Source of the DNA: Anthoceros angustus
Taxonomy: Eukaryota; Plantae; Anthocerotophyta
Direction: 5' to 3'
Assembly (NCBI GenBank): GCA_010909165.1
Contig: MU008186.1
Coordinates: 434,001 to 498,000 of the forward strand
DNA: 64,000 nt
A program made the position numbers and the translations under genes. Positions within the stretch are counted from its first letter, which is position 1; every line of letters begins with the position of its first letter. The notes beneath the pieces were generated by a model. It was not told the DNA's origin, searched no databases, and saw nothing but the letters and a program-made list of their open reading frames with translations. This document shows, piece by piece, positions 1 to 13,323 of the stretch.

Positions 1-887
1 TCAAAGACAATATGGGCAAGTTTGGTCATTGCATCATCAAGTGGATTTGTTTCAAAAAAGAATGGCACCCTAGATCTTGCAAGACAATTTGGCACGAAAT
101 CGCGGAAATGTGACTCACAATGTTGCAAAACATCTAGGAAAATCATTATACTATATTGATGTGGGTATAGATGATTTTATAGAGAGGATTTTTGCCAGAC
201 AAACTATTTCTTCTAGCTTGTTTTGTAAAACTCTCATTAGCAGAATGAGAGATAACATCTGTAGGTTATATAAACAAGGAGCGCGAAAGTTTATTATAGC
301 TAATAGTGGGCCTATAGGGTGTTCTCCTTTGGTTATGCATGCTACTATATCATCAGGATGCAATAAAAAGGTCAGCAGCCATGTCCAAAGTTATAATCAG
401 AAGTTGAATCAAATGCTTGACAAAGAATTTCAGCACCATCTTAGAGGAGCTCACCTTGTTGTTCTTCCTACCTTTCATGCCTTTAATGAAATTTTTCATC
501 ATCATTCTATGTAGGAATTCCAACACAATACAAAAGCATATTGTGGGGATGGAAAAACACCATGTAGGAAGGGATCAAAACTCTGCAAGCATGCCAAAAA
601 ATTTATTTGGTGGGATCATCTCATATGTCACATAATACTATCCATATTGCAGGTCAATGGTTCTTCAATGGAACAAATTTTCCTCGAAATGGCAAGGATT
701 GCCTTCTATACAAGTTCTATGTCATGCAAATGTAAACATCGATTCTAATATAATCATTGATTGGAATGGCCACAACAATAGTGGAAACTCTGCACCTGAA
801 CCTAACACACCTTATGATAATCCTTTGCCAAGTGGTAATAGTCCATATGTTTCTTCACCAATGATGTTCACCACTGGTGTTCATTGA
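1..887 (+). pseudogene. GDSL esterase/lipase, 5'-truncated by the window and disrupted, followed by a Ser/Pro-rich tail
   Basis: ORF 77..514 has GDSL-block-like motifs (SLYYIDVGIDDF; RLYKQGARKFII..GPIGCSP; YNQKL). After the in-frame TAG at 512-514 the same frame continues ...AYCG..C..C..FIWWDHL, and the expected DxxH motif appears broken. Confidence 0.8.
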
Positions 888-1560
888 TATAGCTGTGATA
901 TACCAGATGTTCAGGTCCTGCTGGTCCCTCTTCTGGCGATGAACCTTCTCCTTCACCTTCCTCTAGTGATTTTACTTCTCGTGGTGTGTCACCTTCTAGT
1001 GCACCGATGACCTCATTGTAAATGGAGATGACGGTATTAGTTTGATAGATACGGACAATGAAGATCATTAGAACAGAAAAGTTTGTACCATAAAATATTT
1101 TATAAAGATATATAGTATAATATTATTTTAATTTATATATATAAATTAAAATTTTAGACCAATTATATCGATGTAAAAGTTTTATATGAATTAAAATATA
1201 CTTGTGCAGTTCATGTATGTCGTTCATATATGTCATTACACTCGATTGTGTCCCTTTCTTGCTATGGCCATAGGCTTTATCGCAGCTAGTTGGACTATAT
1301 GTTCATGCATAAAGGCCAGACAACATTGGGCAGCTCGAGATTGCTGGGTGAGAACATCGCGTAAGTGAAGCTGATAACCTCGAAATATAGGTTTTGATTC
1401 TATCTGCGAACAAGTTTGTCTCTTTCCTGACTGACCTCAGAAACTGGGGACAGGCATCTTAGGCCGGCTAGCAATGTACACGATGGTTCAGTTCATGAAG
1501 GCCCAGATCATGAAATGTAAGTGGCAGCTAAGGTTGTAAGTTGCAGAGAAGGTTTTAACG

Positions 1561-3492
1561 ATGGAGGTAGCATGGATGATTGTAACGGGACTTGTTGTCA
1601 TTCTGTGTTGCCTTAAATTGTTGTTGCAGGTGGGTTCCAAGTTGAAGCTGCCTCCAGGGCCTCCACCCAAGTTGTGTTTTGGGCACCTTTCGATCTTTGG
1701 CTCCCCGCACAAACATGCAGTGTTGGCGGACCTGAGCAAGAAGTATGGACCGCTCATGTTTTTCAAGCTGGGATCCACCCCTGTCGTCGTGGTGTCTTCA
1801 CCTGATGTGGCTGAGGAGTTGTTCAAAACCCAAGATCAGGTGTTTGCAAATCGCTTCCAGACAACAGCCGTGAAGTCGCTGCTCTGTAACCCTGAGTCGA
1901 TTACCTGGGCACCATATGGACCGCGATGGAGGTTTCTGAGGTAACTGTGCTGGTACAAACCTTCGTAAATGTTAAGCTCGGTGTGTGTCCTTCATGCCCA
2001 TGTTGAGCATCTTGTTCATATGTATTGGGGCTTGCAGGAAGATAAGTACTTCGGAGCTGTTGAGCCCGAGGCGGTTGCAACAGTACGAGACTGGCCGAGA
2101 TGAGGAAATCTCTGCCCTAGTGAAGGCCATTTGGAATAATGCAACGAAGGAGGCTGCAGAACCCATGAATATGCGACCTTTGCTAAGATCACTTACCACG
2201 AATAATATGACAAGAATGTGTATGGGCCGAAGATTCTTTAGCTATGATATTGTTGCTGATGCCTCTGTTTTCGACATGGCCGACAAGGAACAGGTGATTG
2301 TGGATGAACTTGAAAGAGGGTGCTTGTGAAATATGGTCAAGGGTTGACTTGATAGAAGGCAATCAACAGGGTGTGACTTCACTCTTCTTTCGTCTGCAGG
2401 ACGAGGCTTATCAGTTTAAGCAAGCCTCCGAGCATTTATTTCAGCTGTTAGGAGTCCAGTTTGTGGGAGACTTCATCCCCTACCTCAGATTTTTGGACAG
2501 AAACAGTGTGAAAGACGAGATGAAGAAAATTGTCGCGACGATGGACAACTTTGTGAGCAGGATTCTTCAGCTTCATCATGGCCGTAAATTGCATGAAGTG
2601 CCCTCAGCTGACTTCATGGATCTGCTGATGAACATGCCCGGGGGAGCAGGTCCAGAGCAGTGGATAGATGATGCCACCGTCAAGTCCCTGGCCTTGGTAA
2701 GTCTAAGTGCACTTGGGTGCTTAAGTATGCTTCAATTTTGCCATGCTCTTCTGATCTATTAATGGAGAGTCTCTCTCAGGCCATGGTGAATGGAGGATCA
2801 GACACCACTGCTGTTGCATCAGATTGGACTTTTTTCGAGCTAGTTCGCCATCCCCATGCTGCAAGGAGGGTGCAGGAGGAAATAGATTCTGTTGTAGGGA
2901 ACGAGCGAAAGGTAAAGGAATCAGATCTGCCTAACTTGCCTTACGTGCAAGCTGTCGTGAAGGAGTCTTTGAGACTGCATCCTCCAGGGCCACTGCTTGT
3001 ACCTCACAGATCTGTGGAACCATCCAAGCTCATGGGCTATGACATTCCTGCTAACACAGTGGCTTTTGTGAATGCCTGGGCTATTGGGCGTGATCCTGCT
3101 CTGTGGAAGAACCCTCACGTGTTCTCTCCTGAGAGATTCCTCGACAGGTGAGATACCCACGCAGCTAAGGCTTGCTTCTGCTGTTCCTGCATCCCGGTTT
3201 CATTCACATAAGTGATGAAGTGGCATATGACAGTGAGATTGATGTAAGGGGCAAGCACTACCAACTGTTGCCATTCGGTGCGGGGAGGAGAGGTTGCCCT
3301 GGCGTATCCTTGGCACTGACCGTGGTGCAGTTGGCAATAGCCAGGCTGCTGCACAGTTTCAACTGGTCCCTTCCACAAGGATTAAAGCCTGAAGATTTGG
3401 ATCCATCCGAAGCACCAGGCGGTATTATCTGTGCAAAGAAGGTGGAGATGGAAGTTTTTGCAACTCCTCGTTTACCACGTCATCTGTATTGA
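1561..3492 (+). CDS. Cytochrome P450, CYP71 clan (A-type), 5 exons: 1561-1940, 2038-2293, 2400-2696, 2780-3147, 3234-3492
   Basis: N-terminal TM anchor, LPPGP hinge, [14 protein letters not shown]-helix NGGSDTT, KESLR (ExxR), PERF and heme motif [11 protein letters not shown]. All four introns are GT-AG and phase-compatible. Confidence 0.95.
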
Positions 3493-5148
3493 CAATGTGG
3501 TATGTGCTCAGGAGAGCAGGAACGATAAAACGTTTTTCGGGCATGCTATGGTTTTGAAGTACCTTAGTCCCTGTCATGGATTAGTTGAGTGAAACAAAAC
3601 AATCGGCTCAATCGATTGTGACCCAAAGGACTCAGTGCAGAATCTCACTAATACCTCACAATTGTTTAGTTTCGAGTTACAAGTACGGTCAGCAATGGAC
3701 CCACCATGCCATTTCTGTTTTGAATCCCGTCCTGAGAGGTTCTTCCCCCCATAAACTGCCATTGCTTGTTTGAAATTCGAGAGTGGTTGGCGAAAACAGA
3801 GCAGTACCAAGGACACTGCTCTGTCGTATGCAAGAAGAAGGAAGGACAACTAAAAGACGTTTTACCATCGGTTTGGACGGCACTCTGACCTGAATGATGC
3901 ATACTTATCACCACAATAGAGGAGGGATGAGAGTCGTGGAGTAGGGACAGCCGCCTGCGTCTCAATGTCCGAAGCAATAAATGCTTCGCGCATGTAACAC
4001 CCTCCGCGGCATGTCATGCCCATGTCCTCCCCATAGCGACCTGATGCGCATTCTTCTTGTGTAGGCATACAGTAGTGACATATGATTAACATATCTTCCT
4101 CAGTTCGCCTGGCATTCCGATCGTATCGCGGGTAGAGAGGGAACGGGTCTGGAGGGGAAGGCCCAGGGACAGGAGATTGGAGCCCTTCCTCCAGTAGCTA
4201 GCTGGGGCGGGCACACTGGTTGGGAGCTCAACACCAGGCATTGATTTGTTTCTGAGCTGCTGGTCACGACAGGAACGGTGGCCTCCAGTTGATCTTGGCT
4301 TTGGTTGCAGTTCATCTAGATATTGCAGGGAAGATCAAGCTCAACTTCTGAGAAGAAAATGATGTGTCCAAGTTCTCCATTTCAACAGTGCACATTGTGT
4401 GTTCTCAGGATCGGTAATCAAATCGCTCTGAAAATCTAAACAATGAGTTCACCGAACCACATGAGCACACACGGCCTTCACTGCAGCCACTTTCACAGAA
4501 GCATCCTTTACAAGCCAAAACGTTAGGGCACATCCAAAACCTTTCAATTATGGGACACCAACATGCCGATATGCTTTGAATGTTTGGATCCAGACTAACC
4601 CCTGCACTTTCCGATGTTTGCTATTCTAGCGCGCAAATCCGACTTTCGGAGGCGTCTTCGCCTGCCCGTGGAGCCTTAGCGTGGCAAAATGAAAACGGCG
4701 TTGTGATGTTAGGTACTGGAGAGTGCTTGTGTGTGCGTTCCTGCTACTCGAGAGCTACTGAGAATGCTGAAGCTTCTTGAGGGAGTTCAGGGACGGTTTA
4801 GGGTGCGTGCATTTCTGCTACAGGAGGGTTACCGAGAATACTGAAGGTTCTGCCCGATTTGCAACCTGACTACGAAATGCAAGCCATGTCTCCCGGCTCC
4901 CCGTCTCTCCTGAGAAGATCCAGGATTCGATAGGCAGTGGCACTAGCTATGCAGCTTGCCGCGGTACGATGCACTCTGTCCAGCAAGAATCGGTGAGGGC
5001 ACACGGTACGTTTGCCAAATGGAAAGTGGAAAGAAAGGAAGGATAGAAGCTCGAAGCCCGCTCGGCCGCCGCCGACTCCCGTTCCCCGATCCTCACGGTC
5101 CCCTAAGGCTTGCCTCTCCCGCTGGTTTGAAACATTTATGACCCGCGC

Positions 5149-5181
5149 ACGGTAACGGTAACGGTAACGGTAACGGTAACG
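5149..5181. repeat. (ACGGTA)5 microsatellite
   Basis: Read directly from the sequence. Confidence 0.9.
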
Positions 5182-5974
5182 TATTCATCGATATGGGGAT
5201 TTGCCATGGCGAAATATGAAGACAAAATGTATGTATGCCGCTCCATACGAGTGGAGTGCGCATGGCGAGGTTATGATAGATACATTGTCCTGCAAACTCA
5301 AAAATTGAAAAAGAACCATCGTCAGGCTGAAGCTGCGGCTAGACATCAAGCAGCGCTCAGGTGGGAAATAGAACCAGGGGTTGTGGAATTATCATGTTCG
5401 CTTGGCGGCTTTGAGCTCATTCCTCCAAGACCGAAATGTTCAGGGAAGAGAACTGCTAGAATCAGGGATGCTCCAACGCTTGGACCAATAACTGTCCGCA
5501 GCCTCAAGCCTGACATAGACGGCGCTGGGAGAAGAGATCTGCAAGCTCATGGATGGCCATCCCACGAGCAAGAGTAGTAACTTTACGGTGAGTCTAAAGT
5601 GATACTTGTATGTCGTCCTACAGCTCCCTGCAGAAAAAGTGAAATCTCGAAAATCTTCATATGGAAGAACTTCCTCGGGCAGAGCACCCGAAGTCATAAT
5701 ATGAGATGAAGGATAGGTCGGCAAGCCTGAAACTCACCAAGCAAAATACCCCGTCTCGAATGCTTCCAGAAACCTAGTACCAAAGCAGACAATTTGCCAG
5801 ATACGTCAGATACATCACCGGTGAAACATACTACGACTGGAGAGCAGTTTGGACTCTTCAACTAGTACTGGTGGCGGATTGCAAGCACTACCTTACTGCA
5901 TCGAGAAAAATCTAACAATTTGCTCCAACAAGACAACAAAACTGTGAAGGGAGCTGAAAATCTTTGAAGTTGGC

Positions 5975-6303
5975 TCACCACAAGTACTGACGGAACATCA
6001 GTCGACCGACTTTGAGGGTAATAGTGAACAAGAGGGTGAACACCACAATATCTAGTAACAGTTAAGGTGGCCCGCCAGGCCGCAGGTGCCTGTAAAATCG
6101 CCCTGCAGACGCCAATTGCCAAACCCAAAAATTGCAACACAAGATAGGATACTGAAAGTCAAGAACTCCCACCAGTCAAGCATGTACAATCCTAAGGCGA
6201 TGTTGTAGACGTAAATAATTCTCTTGATCTTTGTCGTGAGCATCAGAAGAAGGCGTTGAAACCATGCCCACGGGCTTTGTCGCAGCAAGCTCTCTTGGGG
6301 CAT
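5975..6303 (-). CDS. ssSPT: Serine palmitoyltransferase small subunit. Exon 1 ends at 6153, exon 2 is 6051-5975; start codon uncertain (6243, 6303 or further upstream)
   Basis: KIKRIIYVYNIALGLYMLDWWEFLTF matches the plant ssSPT signature (IYLYNVTFGLYMLDWWE). Splicing 6152-6052 restores F-N followed by the hydrophobic helix IVVFTLLFTITL. Confidence 0.88.
6052..6152 (-). other. U12-type (minor spliceosome) GT-AG intron
   Basis: 5' splice site GTATCCTA; branch site CACCTTAAC ends 9 nt before the 3' junction (…CCTTAAC TGTTACTAG|); no polypyrimidine tract. Confidence 0.85.
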
Positions 6304-7491
6304 TTGCGCTTCCTTGCGTCCAGAACGTTCAAGCGCAGGCCTGGCAACCGCGCCGTTCTGGCCCTTGGCAGGCCCCACTGCTGCTGTAGACATTAATTGA
6401 TCCCGCAGGAATTGCACTGCAACGGAAGAAACTCTCCCTCGGAAGACACAATCCGCGTCTACTGTCACTCGATTCCCGCGAATGACTGTACCGAAGACCT
6501 CACAAATTCTCGACTTCACGAATCCTCAGCCCATGAACAAAGAGCTAAAATGGACCTGTTGGTTTGCTTAAGGCAAATATCTGATGTGTGAGCCACACTG
6601 GCTGGCCCCCAGTTAGTAAGTTAAGTGCTGCAAGTCTACGTTTTCAAGTCTTCAACAAAATCTGCGACCCTGGAATTGTGTGGGCAAGACTGAGCTGTGG
6701 AAACGTCCTTTCCTTTCTTGGTGATTTGTTTTGGAAGCTTCTCCCAGCATGCCTGATTGATGTGTGTTTCGTTCTACTTTATGATCAACATGCCTTCCAG
6801 ATTTGTTATCTGACTTGCCTCGCTGCTGCAGACCAGTTTTCCATTTCAGACAGCAGCCCCGTGATGACATCTTTGCCCGCTGGCCTCCGGCCATTTGTCC
6901 AAACTGACCCTGTAAACAAACGCATTGGCACATTTTGTCCAGTCACTGGCTCCTCTCTACTGCAGAAGGCACCAAACGTGAACAATCGTGATATCTCCTA
7001 CAGGTACCGGGGGAGGATTAACTTCCACCCTGTTTCCTCACTGCTGTCCTGTGCTTGATAGAATTACCAGACCCATGCATATGGGTAGTGCAGGACTGTG
7101 TAACGCAATTAAGGCATGACTAAGCTGGAGATGTACACACTGGGCTCTTGTGTGAATGCGCAGGGCCCTCAAGAAAAGCAATCGGCAGCTGCCGTGTGGA
7201 AAATTGCACAATGGAACACCCTGGTATGACGAACAAGGAACGAGGCTTGTGCAGTTTCACCTCTCATAGGTACAAGGGTTATAAACGGGCATTCGGTGTG
7301 CAGACTAGGGTTTAGTGAGGATGGGGAAGTGACAAGTGGAGGGAAGAAAAAGTATCGGCCATTAATGCTGAGTGCGAAATGCGTGTACGTCACGGCGCAC
7401 CAAATCCTGTTCCTGTTCCTGTTCCTTGTTCCGGTTTGCGTCCAGGCTTAGCCAGATTGCGGTCGGATGACAAGAGTGACATGAAGGGGTC

Positions 7492-9632
7492 ATGGAGGTG
7501 CAGCAGGAGCGGGAGCAGGACGGCCCGGCTTTCACCGGTGCTATGTCTCGCACTGGAGTTGCAGGCTCCAAGTACAGCGCGCGTCTGGCCTCTGAGGTGC
7601 AGCGCAAGCTGCAGAAGGTAGAGTGGGCTCGGGGCACCTCACTAGGGATGGATGAAATTGGCACCAGTGTGTGACTAACGGGATGCTGTCCTTGGCAGGC
7701 TCTGGATTCGCCGTCTCACCGGGGAGAATTGCTGCGGCAGCTCTTCACGGATGTAGCGCTGGAGGTGGATGCTCGTGCCCTGGGTACAGCCTGTGACCCT
7801 GCTTTGTTCATTTGTTTTGGGTGGTAGCTGGTGAGGTGAATGTGACGCTCCGGCTTGGTTGTGGGGTTGCAGCTCTTCTGTATGACGCTGAGAAGACCAG
7901 GGCAAGGTTGGATGTGGTGCACGATGGGAGAAAGAGTCCTCTATGTTTTTACGAGGTGCTCGCTGAGCACTATGCCCAAGTGCCGGAGACGGCAAATGCA
8001 GCTCTTGCCATTTTTCTACAGCTGTGGAGCCAGTCTTTTGCTTCTCAGATCTTTGCTCTTCTTTTCTATCAGTGGGTGAGTTCTGTCAGTGCTTGCCTTC
8101 GTTCCGGATGCACAATTTTCATGCATTAAGTGAGTTGAAGAATTGTTTTTCTTCTCGCGGATGTTTTGCCACTGCGGGTTGCAGTTATTTGAGGTTCCTA
8201 CAGCACATTCCGATACATTTGTGCGATACTCTCGAGCTTTCATCGAGGGTGCAAACTACATCTTCTGGTATGTGGCGTGGAATTTGGATTGCTTCGTGAG
8301 CTGCTCTGTAGTTTTAACTCATAGGGTGCATGCTCTAGGTGGGTTTGGTGTGTAGGGTTTAAGGGAATCTCTTCATCCGGTTTGTGACTTACCAGATTCA
8401 CCTCCTTGGGTGCGTAGGATTGATTTGCAGAGCAATGTCAGGCGATTCTTTTCAGTGTACAACGTAAGGTGACTCCATCTCACAAACAAACAGCATCCAG
8501 TTATTCATCAGAGTTCTTTCTTCACCGGTGCTTTGCACGGTGGACGCGCATTATCAGATCTCACATCGGTATCGCTGTTTGCGTGTAGTGCAGTATATAT
8601 TTGAGGAAGTTGCTATGGTGGCGTCACAGCTGAACAAGGCCCCTGTGAAGGTAGGCTCTCTACGGGAAGATTTGCAAGGGGGACGCTGTTTCTGTGGACA
8701 GGAGGTGTTCTGATGTAGGAATCCCAGTTTGCATTTGGCACCTTGTGGCTGATTCAGACTTGGCAAACATGTCGCAGCTTCAGCAAGATGTGTTTGTGTT
8801 GCTTTCCAAATTTTTCTTCTTTTATGAACCAGGTACTACTTTTACCGATCGCTCTACTGTTCTATTGAGTTGCGATGCTGTGTGCCTCTTCTCTCTAACC
8901 GCTGTGCCCTACATGTAGCTGACAGGTTGCAAACTTTCTTAAGTAGCTTTCCCAGTTTTTCAAAAGCAGTTGATATATTCGTGATCGAGCTGACTGTTCA
9001 GGTGCAGCAACACTCCATGTTTTGTTTTGCGTCTTTCTGGAGTTAGACGTGTGTCTCTGTACTTGCCGCGCTAACAAAGACATGGTTCTGCTTATTCATT
9101 GTCCCAGTTACAGAAAGTGAAAGTTGAACCCGTGCTGCTGCACTATTTGAGGAGCACCAAGAGTCTGAAAGGTAATTTTGCTTCGTAGTGCTCATTACTG
9201 TTGTTCGGAGGCCAGTTTTTAATCAGATTCGTTCTCCAATTTTTCCTAGGCATTGAGCTACGTGCAACTACGAGCACTCGGTTGAAATCTGCGCTGTACA
9301 GCTTCACTTCGCCAGGAGGTCCGATGTATCCAACAAGGCCTGTGCGTCATGATGCTTGGGAGACACTTGACTGCCTTTTTCCGGTACGTTGTTTGAAAGA
9401 AAGATTTTATCTGTAATTGGTCAAGGGCTATGGTGCACACTTAACCACCCACATCTTTTTCTTGTCTCAGGTCGGCAGACATTCACGGCATCTTATCAGT
9501 CTGTTCTTCCGATTGCTACATCCTTATTACTGGCCCGTCTCATTCTGGAATTTTGTGGTAACCGTTATCATGACTATTTTGGAGCGCATCTTTGATATTT
9601 GGCAAGAGCTCTGGCAAAGAGTTTTCGGTTAG
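7492..9632 (+). CDS. Conserved plant protein of unknown function, multi-exon
   Basis: GT-AG exon chain gives ...RKLQK|ALDSPSHRGELLRQLFTDVALEVD...YEVLAEHY...LWSQSFASQIFALLFYQW|LFE...ELRATTSTRLKSALYSFTSPGGPMYPTR...HLISLFFRLLHPYYWP. I recognise this as a conserved land-plant family but cannot name it. Confidence 0.8.
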
Positions 9633-9690
9633 TACTAAACTGGGAAAGCCTGGCTAGCTTGACTTTCCGAGGTATGTCGGCGCGTAGCTC

Positions 9691-10189
9691 TCATTTGCCC
9701 CCAATGGCTATTTGCGTGGTATCATTTTTCAACACATGCAAAAGGGCCTGTGAGCTTTCCAGGATCTGCGTCAAGGGAAGACGATTTTTCAAAGTATGAT
9801 GCCAAGTATGTAGCCCATCATGATCTTGCGCAAAGTGGTCAACAACTTACTTTGCAGTAGGCAGATTCCACCTCTTGTATGGTCTTCTCATATTCATTCA
9901 CATAGGCGTATCGCCTTGAGAGATTGTCGTCGATTTCTGCCAGTCTCTTTGTGAGAACCAAAAGGTCCTTCTGAATGGCAGCCTTCTCTTCTTCTTCCAC
10001 TTGCAAGATCTTCCTGAGATGGTCTCTCTTCTCTCGCAGCTCCCCAATATCTGCTGACCGTAGCTTTCTTGTTAATCCTTGCACCAGAAAATAAGGCGTA
10101 AAAACACACTTGCAGGAAGAGATGTGGATTTAACTCTGCACAAGCTCCATGTTGTAATCTTGAAGCGTCTGGCCTCCGTTGGCCGCCAT
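9691..10189 (-). CDS. SSNA1: SSNA1/DIP13/NA14 microtubule- and basal-body-associated coiled-coil protein, 109 aa; exons 10189-10135, 10050-9851, 9765-9691
   Basis: Spliced product MAANGGQTLQDYNMELVQNIGELREKRD...YEKTIQEVESAYCKILESSQALLHVLK matches the family pattern LQNYNNELV..IEEL..KRE...AY.KILESSQ.LL.VLK. Confidence 0.93.
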
Positions 10190-10339
10190 AAATACGCCTC
10201 TCGAACTTTCCGTTCCCCTGTGCACGAAGCACTGGCCGTGGGATGGGAGGTACAAAAACCGTTAGTGAAGGCAGCGGTTATAAGATGCAGCTGGCACTAA
10301 CCACAACTTAACCACTATGTGTAGCTTACCAGTTATTTA

Positions 10340-11310
10340 CTGTGCTGGAATGGATTCCAGATAGACGAGGCAAGGAAGTTCACCGAGTTGGTTGCAATGA
10401 GATTTTCATCCTGCTCGAGCTGATCGGAGAGTACATACGTGCCCTACCTCTCCTTCCTGGACAGTACCAACGACAACAAGGGCAGGCTGATCAAAGTGCA
10501 CAGGAGGTTCAACGAGTTTGTGACTAGAATAATGTATGAGCATAAGAAGGTTCCCGAGGAATCAAACCAAGCCTCCAGGACAAGATGGGTCGGAAACGTA
10601 TAGATGGCAACATCATAAAAGCGTTTGGCTGGTGCATGGCTTCGCTGGATTTTTCTTTCAGGAAAGGGGAAGAGTCAGCGACTGTGCTGTTCTGTACGTG
10701 TAGGACGTGCTGTGTGCAGGCACGGATACCTCGTCCAATGCCTTGAAATGGGCAATGGCCGAGGCAGTTCGGCATGCTGACATAGCTGCCAAGCTACAAG
10801 CCGAGCTGGACTCTGTGGTTGGGAAGGAGAGGCTGGTCACAATGGCTGACATCCCCTACCTGCCGTATCTCCAAGCCATGCTGAACTCAGATTTCACCGT
10901 CCTGGAGCTTTACTTTTGCCTCGCCTGTCCACCCAACACACCAAGTTCATGGGCTATGACGTCCCCGCTGCTGTTTGTCAGTAATTGGGGATTGGGTCGA
11001 GACCCCGTGGCTGAGAAAACCCATGGGAACTCCGTCCTGAGAGTCTTGGAGAGGCTGATGCTAACGTTGAATTTGGTTTCCACTCCAGATACCTCCACAA
11101 CATGACCTGACTCAGAGCGAATGAACTGCGAGTGCAGGCCGAGGATTGATGTCAAAGATCAGCCCTCCGAGCTGCTGCATTTTAGGGCAGGACGAAGGGG
11201 CTGACCTAGGGTGGATCTTGGGTCTCACCAGTGTGCGATGTGCTCTGGCTAGACTTGATGACGTTTTAGGTTGGTCTCGTCCGATGAGCCTAAACCCAGA
11301 GGATGTAGTG
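10340..11310 (+). pseudogene. CYP71-clan P450 pseudogene, 5'-truncated and frameshifted
   Basis: Fragments DVLCAGTDTSSNALKWAMAE, ELDSVVGKERLV..DIPYLPYLQA, VSNWGLGRDP and a heme region FRAGRRG* in which the Cys is replaced by a stop. Confidence 0.88.
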
Positions 11311-11964
11311 TTTCGATGCTGAAAATGAATTTTATATTTATGTAGGTAATATAATTTAAAACATTTTAAATTCTAATCAAATTTTAGATTATTCTATGAT
11401 AATAAATATAAATAACATATCATGAATTACATATTTAACCAATACCTTTCTTTGCATAGAATATATTCTTAATATATAGCATCCTTGCAACAATTTTTTA
11501 ATATCGCGATCATATCCTAAGCTCCCAATAGATGGTCATTTGGGTAGGGAAACCAAAAGTAATTAATGTGAAGAAGGCTACTTGGGAGGAAGGAGTTAAG
11601 TAGAACTTTGTAAGCATGATATCAATACCCATGTTTGTAAGTGATGAACCTTTGTCCTCACAAAATCATGCAAGGTAGTAGCTTTGGAGAAACCAGAAAA
11701 TAATAATTGTAACAGTGAATCTACAACAAAACATTATCAAGTTCGCATGCTAAGATAATTTTATCTTCATGACTTGATAAGAAGATTGAATAGCAAGATA
11801 GTTTCAAATTTATGTTTCTGGTTCAAAAATAAATGATATCAAATTTGTAGACTAGAAACTCATGATCATGAATAAGGGAAAAAGCAGTATGTCAAAAAAT
11901 TTGACTTCAAACACCATCTTATACAATGTATGCAGTCAATTTATAAAGACACTAATGTCCGAAG

Positions 11965-13323
11965 ATGACGTGCCAAACAACAACTATCCCACAATTTGGA
12001 GACCAGACCACGGCTGATGTAATTCTGAAACTTATACCGTTAGAAAATGATGGACTACCGGTTGCCCCTTTGTTTTTGCACTCCACAGTCTTGCGACGTT
12101 GTGAATTTTTTGAAGCACGTCTTTCTTTGCGTTGGAGTGTAGGTAGTGTTTCATGTTCACAACCTTTGGAGCTAACACTTGATAAATGTAAGAACCCTGA
12201 TGTGTATGTGCGATGTATTCATTTATTGTATCTTCCAAATAAAATTAAATCTAATTTTTTTAGTGATGTACAAGATGTGCTTAATATACTAGAAGTGGCA
12301 GCCGAGCTTTTGTTTCATGAATGCATTGATGCATGTATGAAATATTTGGATTCAATACCGTGGAATGCAGAAAATGAAACAAATATTCGAACTTTATTCA
12401 CCTCCCTTCACATCAAGCCTACATCAGATCTTGCTGCAAGGCTTAGTGTTTTTGAAGATGTACCCAATTTTAAACCAGCGGATATTATGAAAGATATCCT
12501 TGGAGAGTTGCTGACACTGGTTACAAATGGTGCTCCACTAAAAACTCGAAATATTACACGAAAAATTTTACTTGGGAATGTGATGTCATCAAGTTCCCCT
12601 TCATTTGCAATAGTAAATGAAACAATCTTATTAAAAGAGCTTCAAAGAAACATAGAGCAGTTGAAAGTTCAACTCCGTAAATTTGCAAACTTTTTTACTT
12701 GGAACTCTCATCAAGTTACTTTATCATGTTCTACAATCCAATGGCTCTTAGAGGAAATGTTCACACTACAATTTGCAGATATAGCAATACAAATACTAGG
12801 AGAAGAGCAGGAATTGGCAGAACTCATGGTGTGTAGAATCTATCAAAACCCTTTTACAGAAACGTTATTTTTCATACTACTGCGTGTGCTCCAAGCACTA
12901 CAGGATGGAAATGCTATTGCACCTAAAGCTATCCGACTATCTCTTCTTACTACTTGGCTACCTGTGATGGCTAAACTTGGTAATGATGGTGATGACAATT
13001 TTAGGAAGAAAAATGATTTGCAACAAGATTTGGAGAGAGGATTAAATGCATTAGTCCAAACATTACCAATCATTGATCAAGAAAATATTTTCAAGATTTG
13101 GATAACTTCTTGCCTTAGTAGTAGAAGAGCGTGGCCAGACTTAAGTCAAGTATTTGACGTTTGGTGTGATAAGCTACGTGAAGCACAAAGAACAAAAGAC
13201 AATAATTCCTCATTAGGCAACACGAATGCAGATATTTCTTGTGTTGAAATAAACGTCGAAAAGAATGTGCAGATGGCATGTCTTGAAAAAAAGATTGAGG
13301 GAACCGAGAGTCATCCTTTATAA
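11965..13323 (+). CDS. BTB/POZ-domain protein (plant At3g50780/At1g63850-like class), intronless, 452 aa
   Basis: FGDQTTADVILKL...LFLHSTVL..CEFFEARLS.RW; ILEVAAELLFHECIDACMKYLDSIPW; RLSLLTTWLP; TLPIIDQENIF..W; WPDLSQVFDVWC. Confidence 0.9.
   Translation: MTCQTTTIPQFGDQTTADVILKLIPLENDGLPVAPLFLHSTVLRRCEFFEARLSLRWSVGSVSCSQPLELTLDKCKNPDVYVRCIHLLYLPNKIKSNFFSDVQDVLNILEVAAELLFHECIDACMKYLDSIPWNAENETNIRTLFTSLHIKPTSDLAARLSVFEDVPNFKPADIMKDILGELLTLVTNGAPLKTRNITRKILLGNVMSSSSPSFAIVNETILLKELQRNIEQLKVQLRKFANFFTWNSHQVTLSCSTIQWLLEEMFTLQFADIAIQILGEEQELAELMVCRIYQNPFTETLFFILLRVLQALQDGNAIAPKAIRLSLLTTWLPVMAKLGNDGDDNFRKKNDLQQDLERGLNALVQTLPIIDQENIFKIWITSCLSSRRAWPDLSQVFDVWCDKLREAQRTKDNNSSLGNTNADISCVEINVEKNVQMACLEKKIEGTESHPL

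Noticed and set aside
3550-5100. Short minus-strand ORFs (e.g. 4100..4315) as a gene
   Set aside because: I could not build a consistent spliced product or recognise a family; it may be non-coding or an orphan.
6052-6519. The 155-aa ORF as the real protein
   Set aside because: It reads through the U12 intron; the spliced ssSPT model fits the family better.
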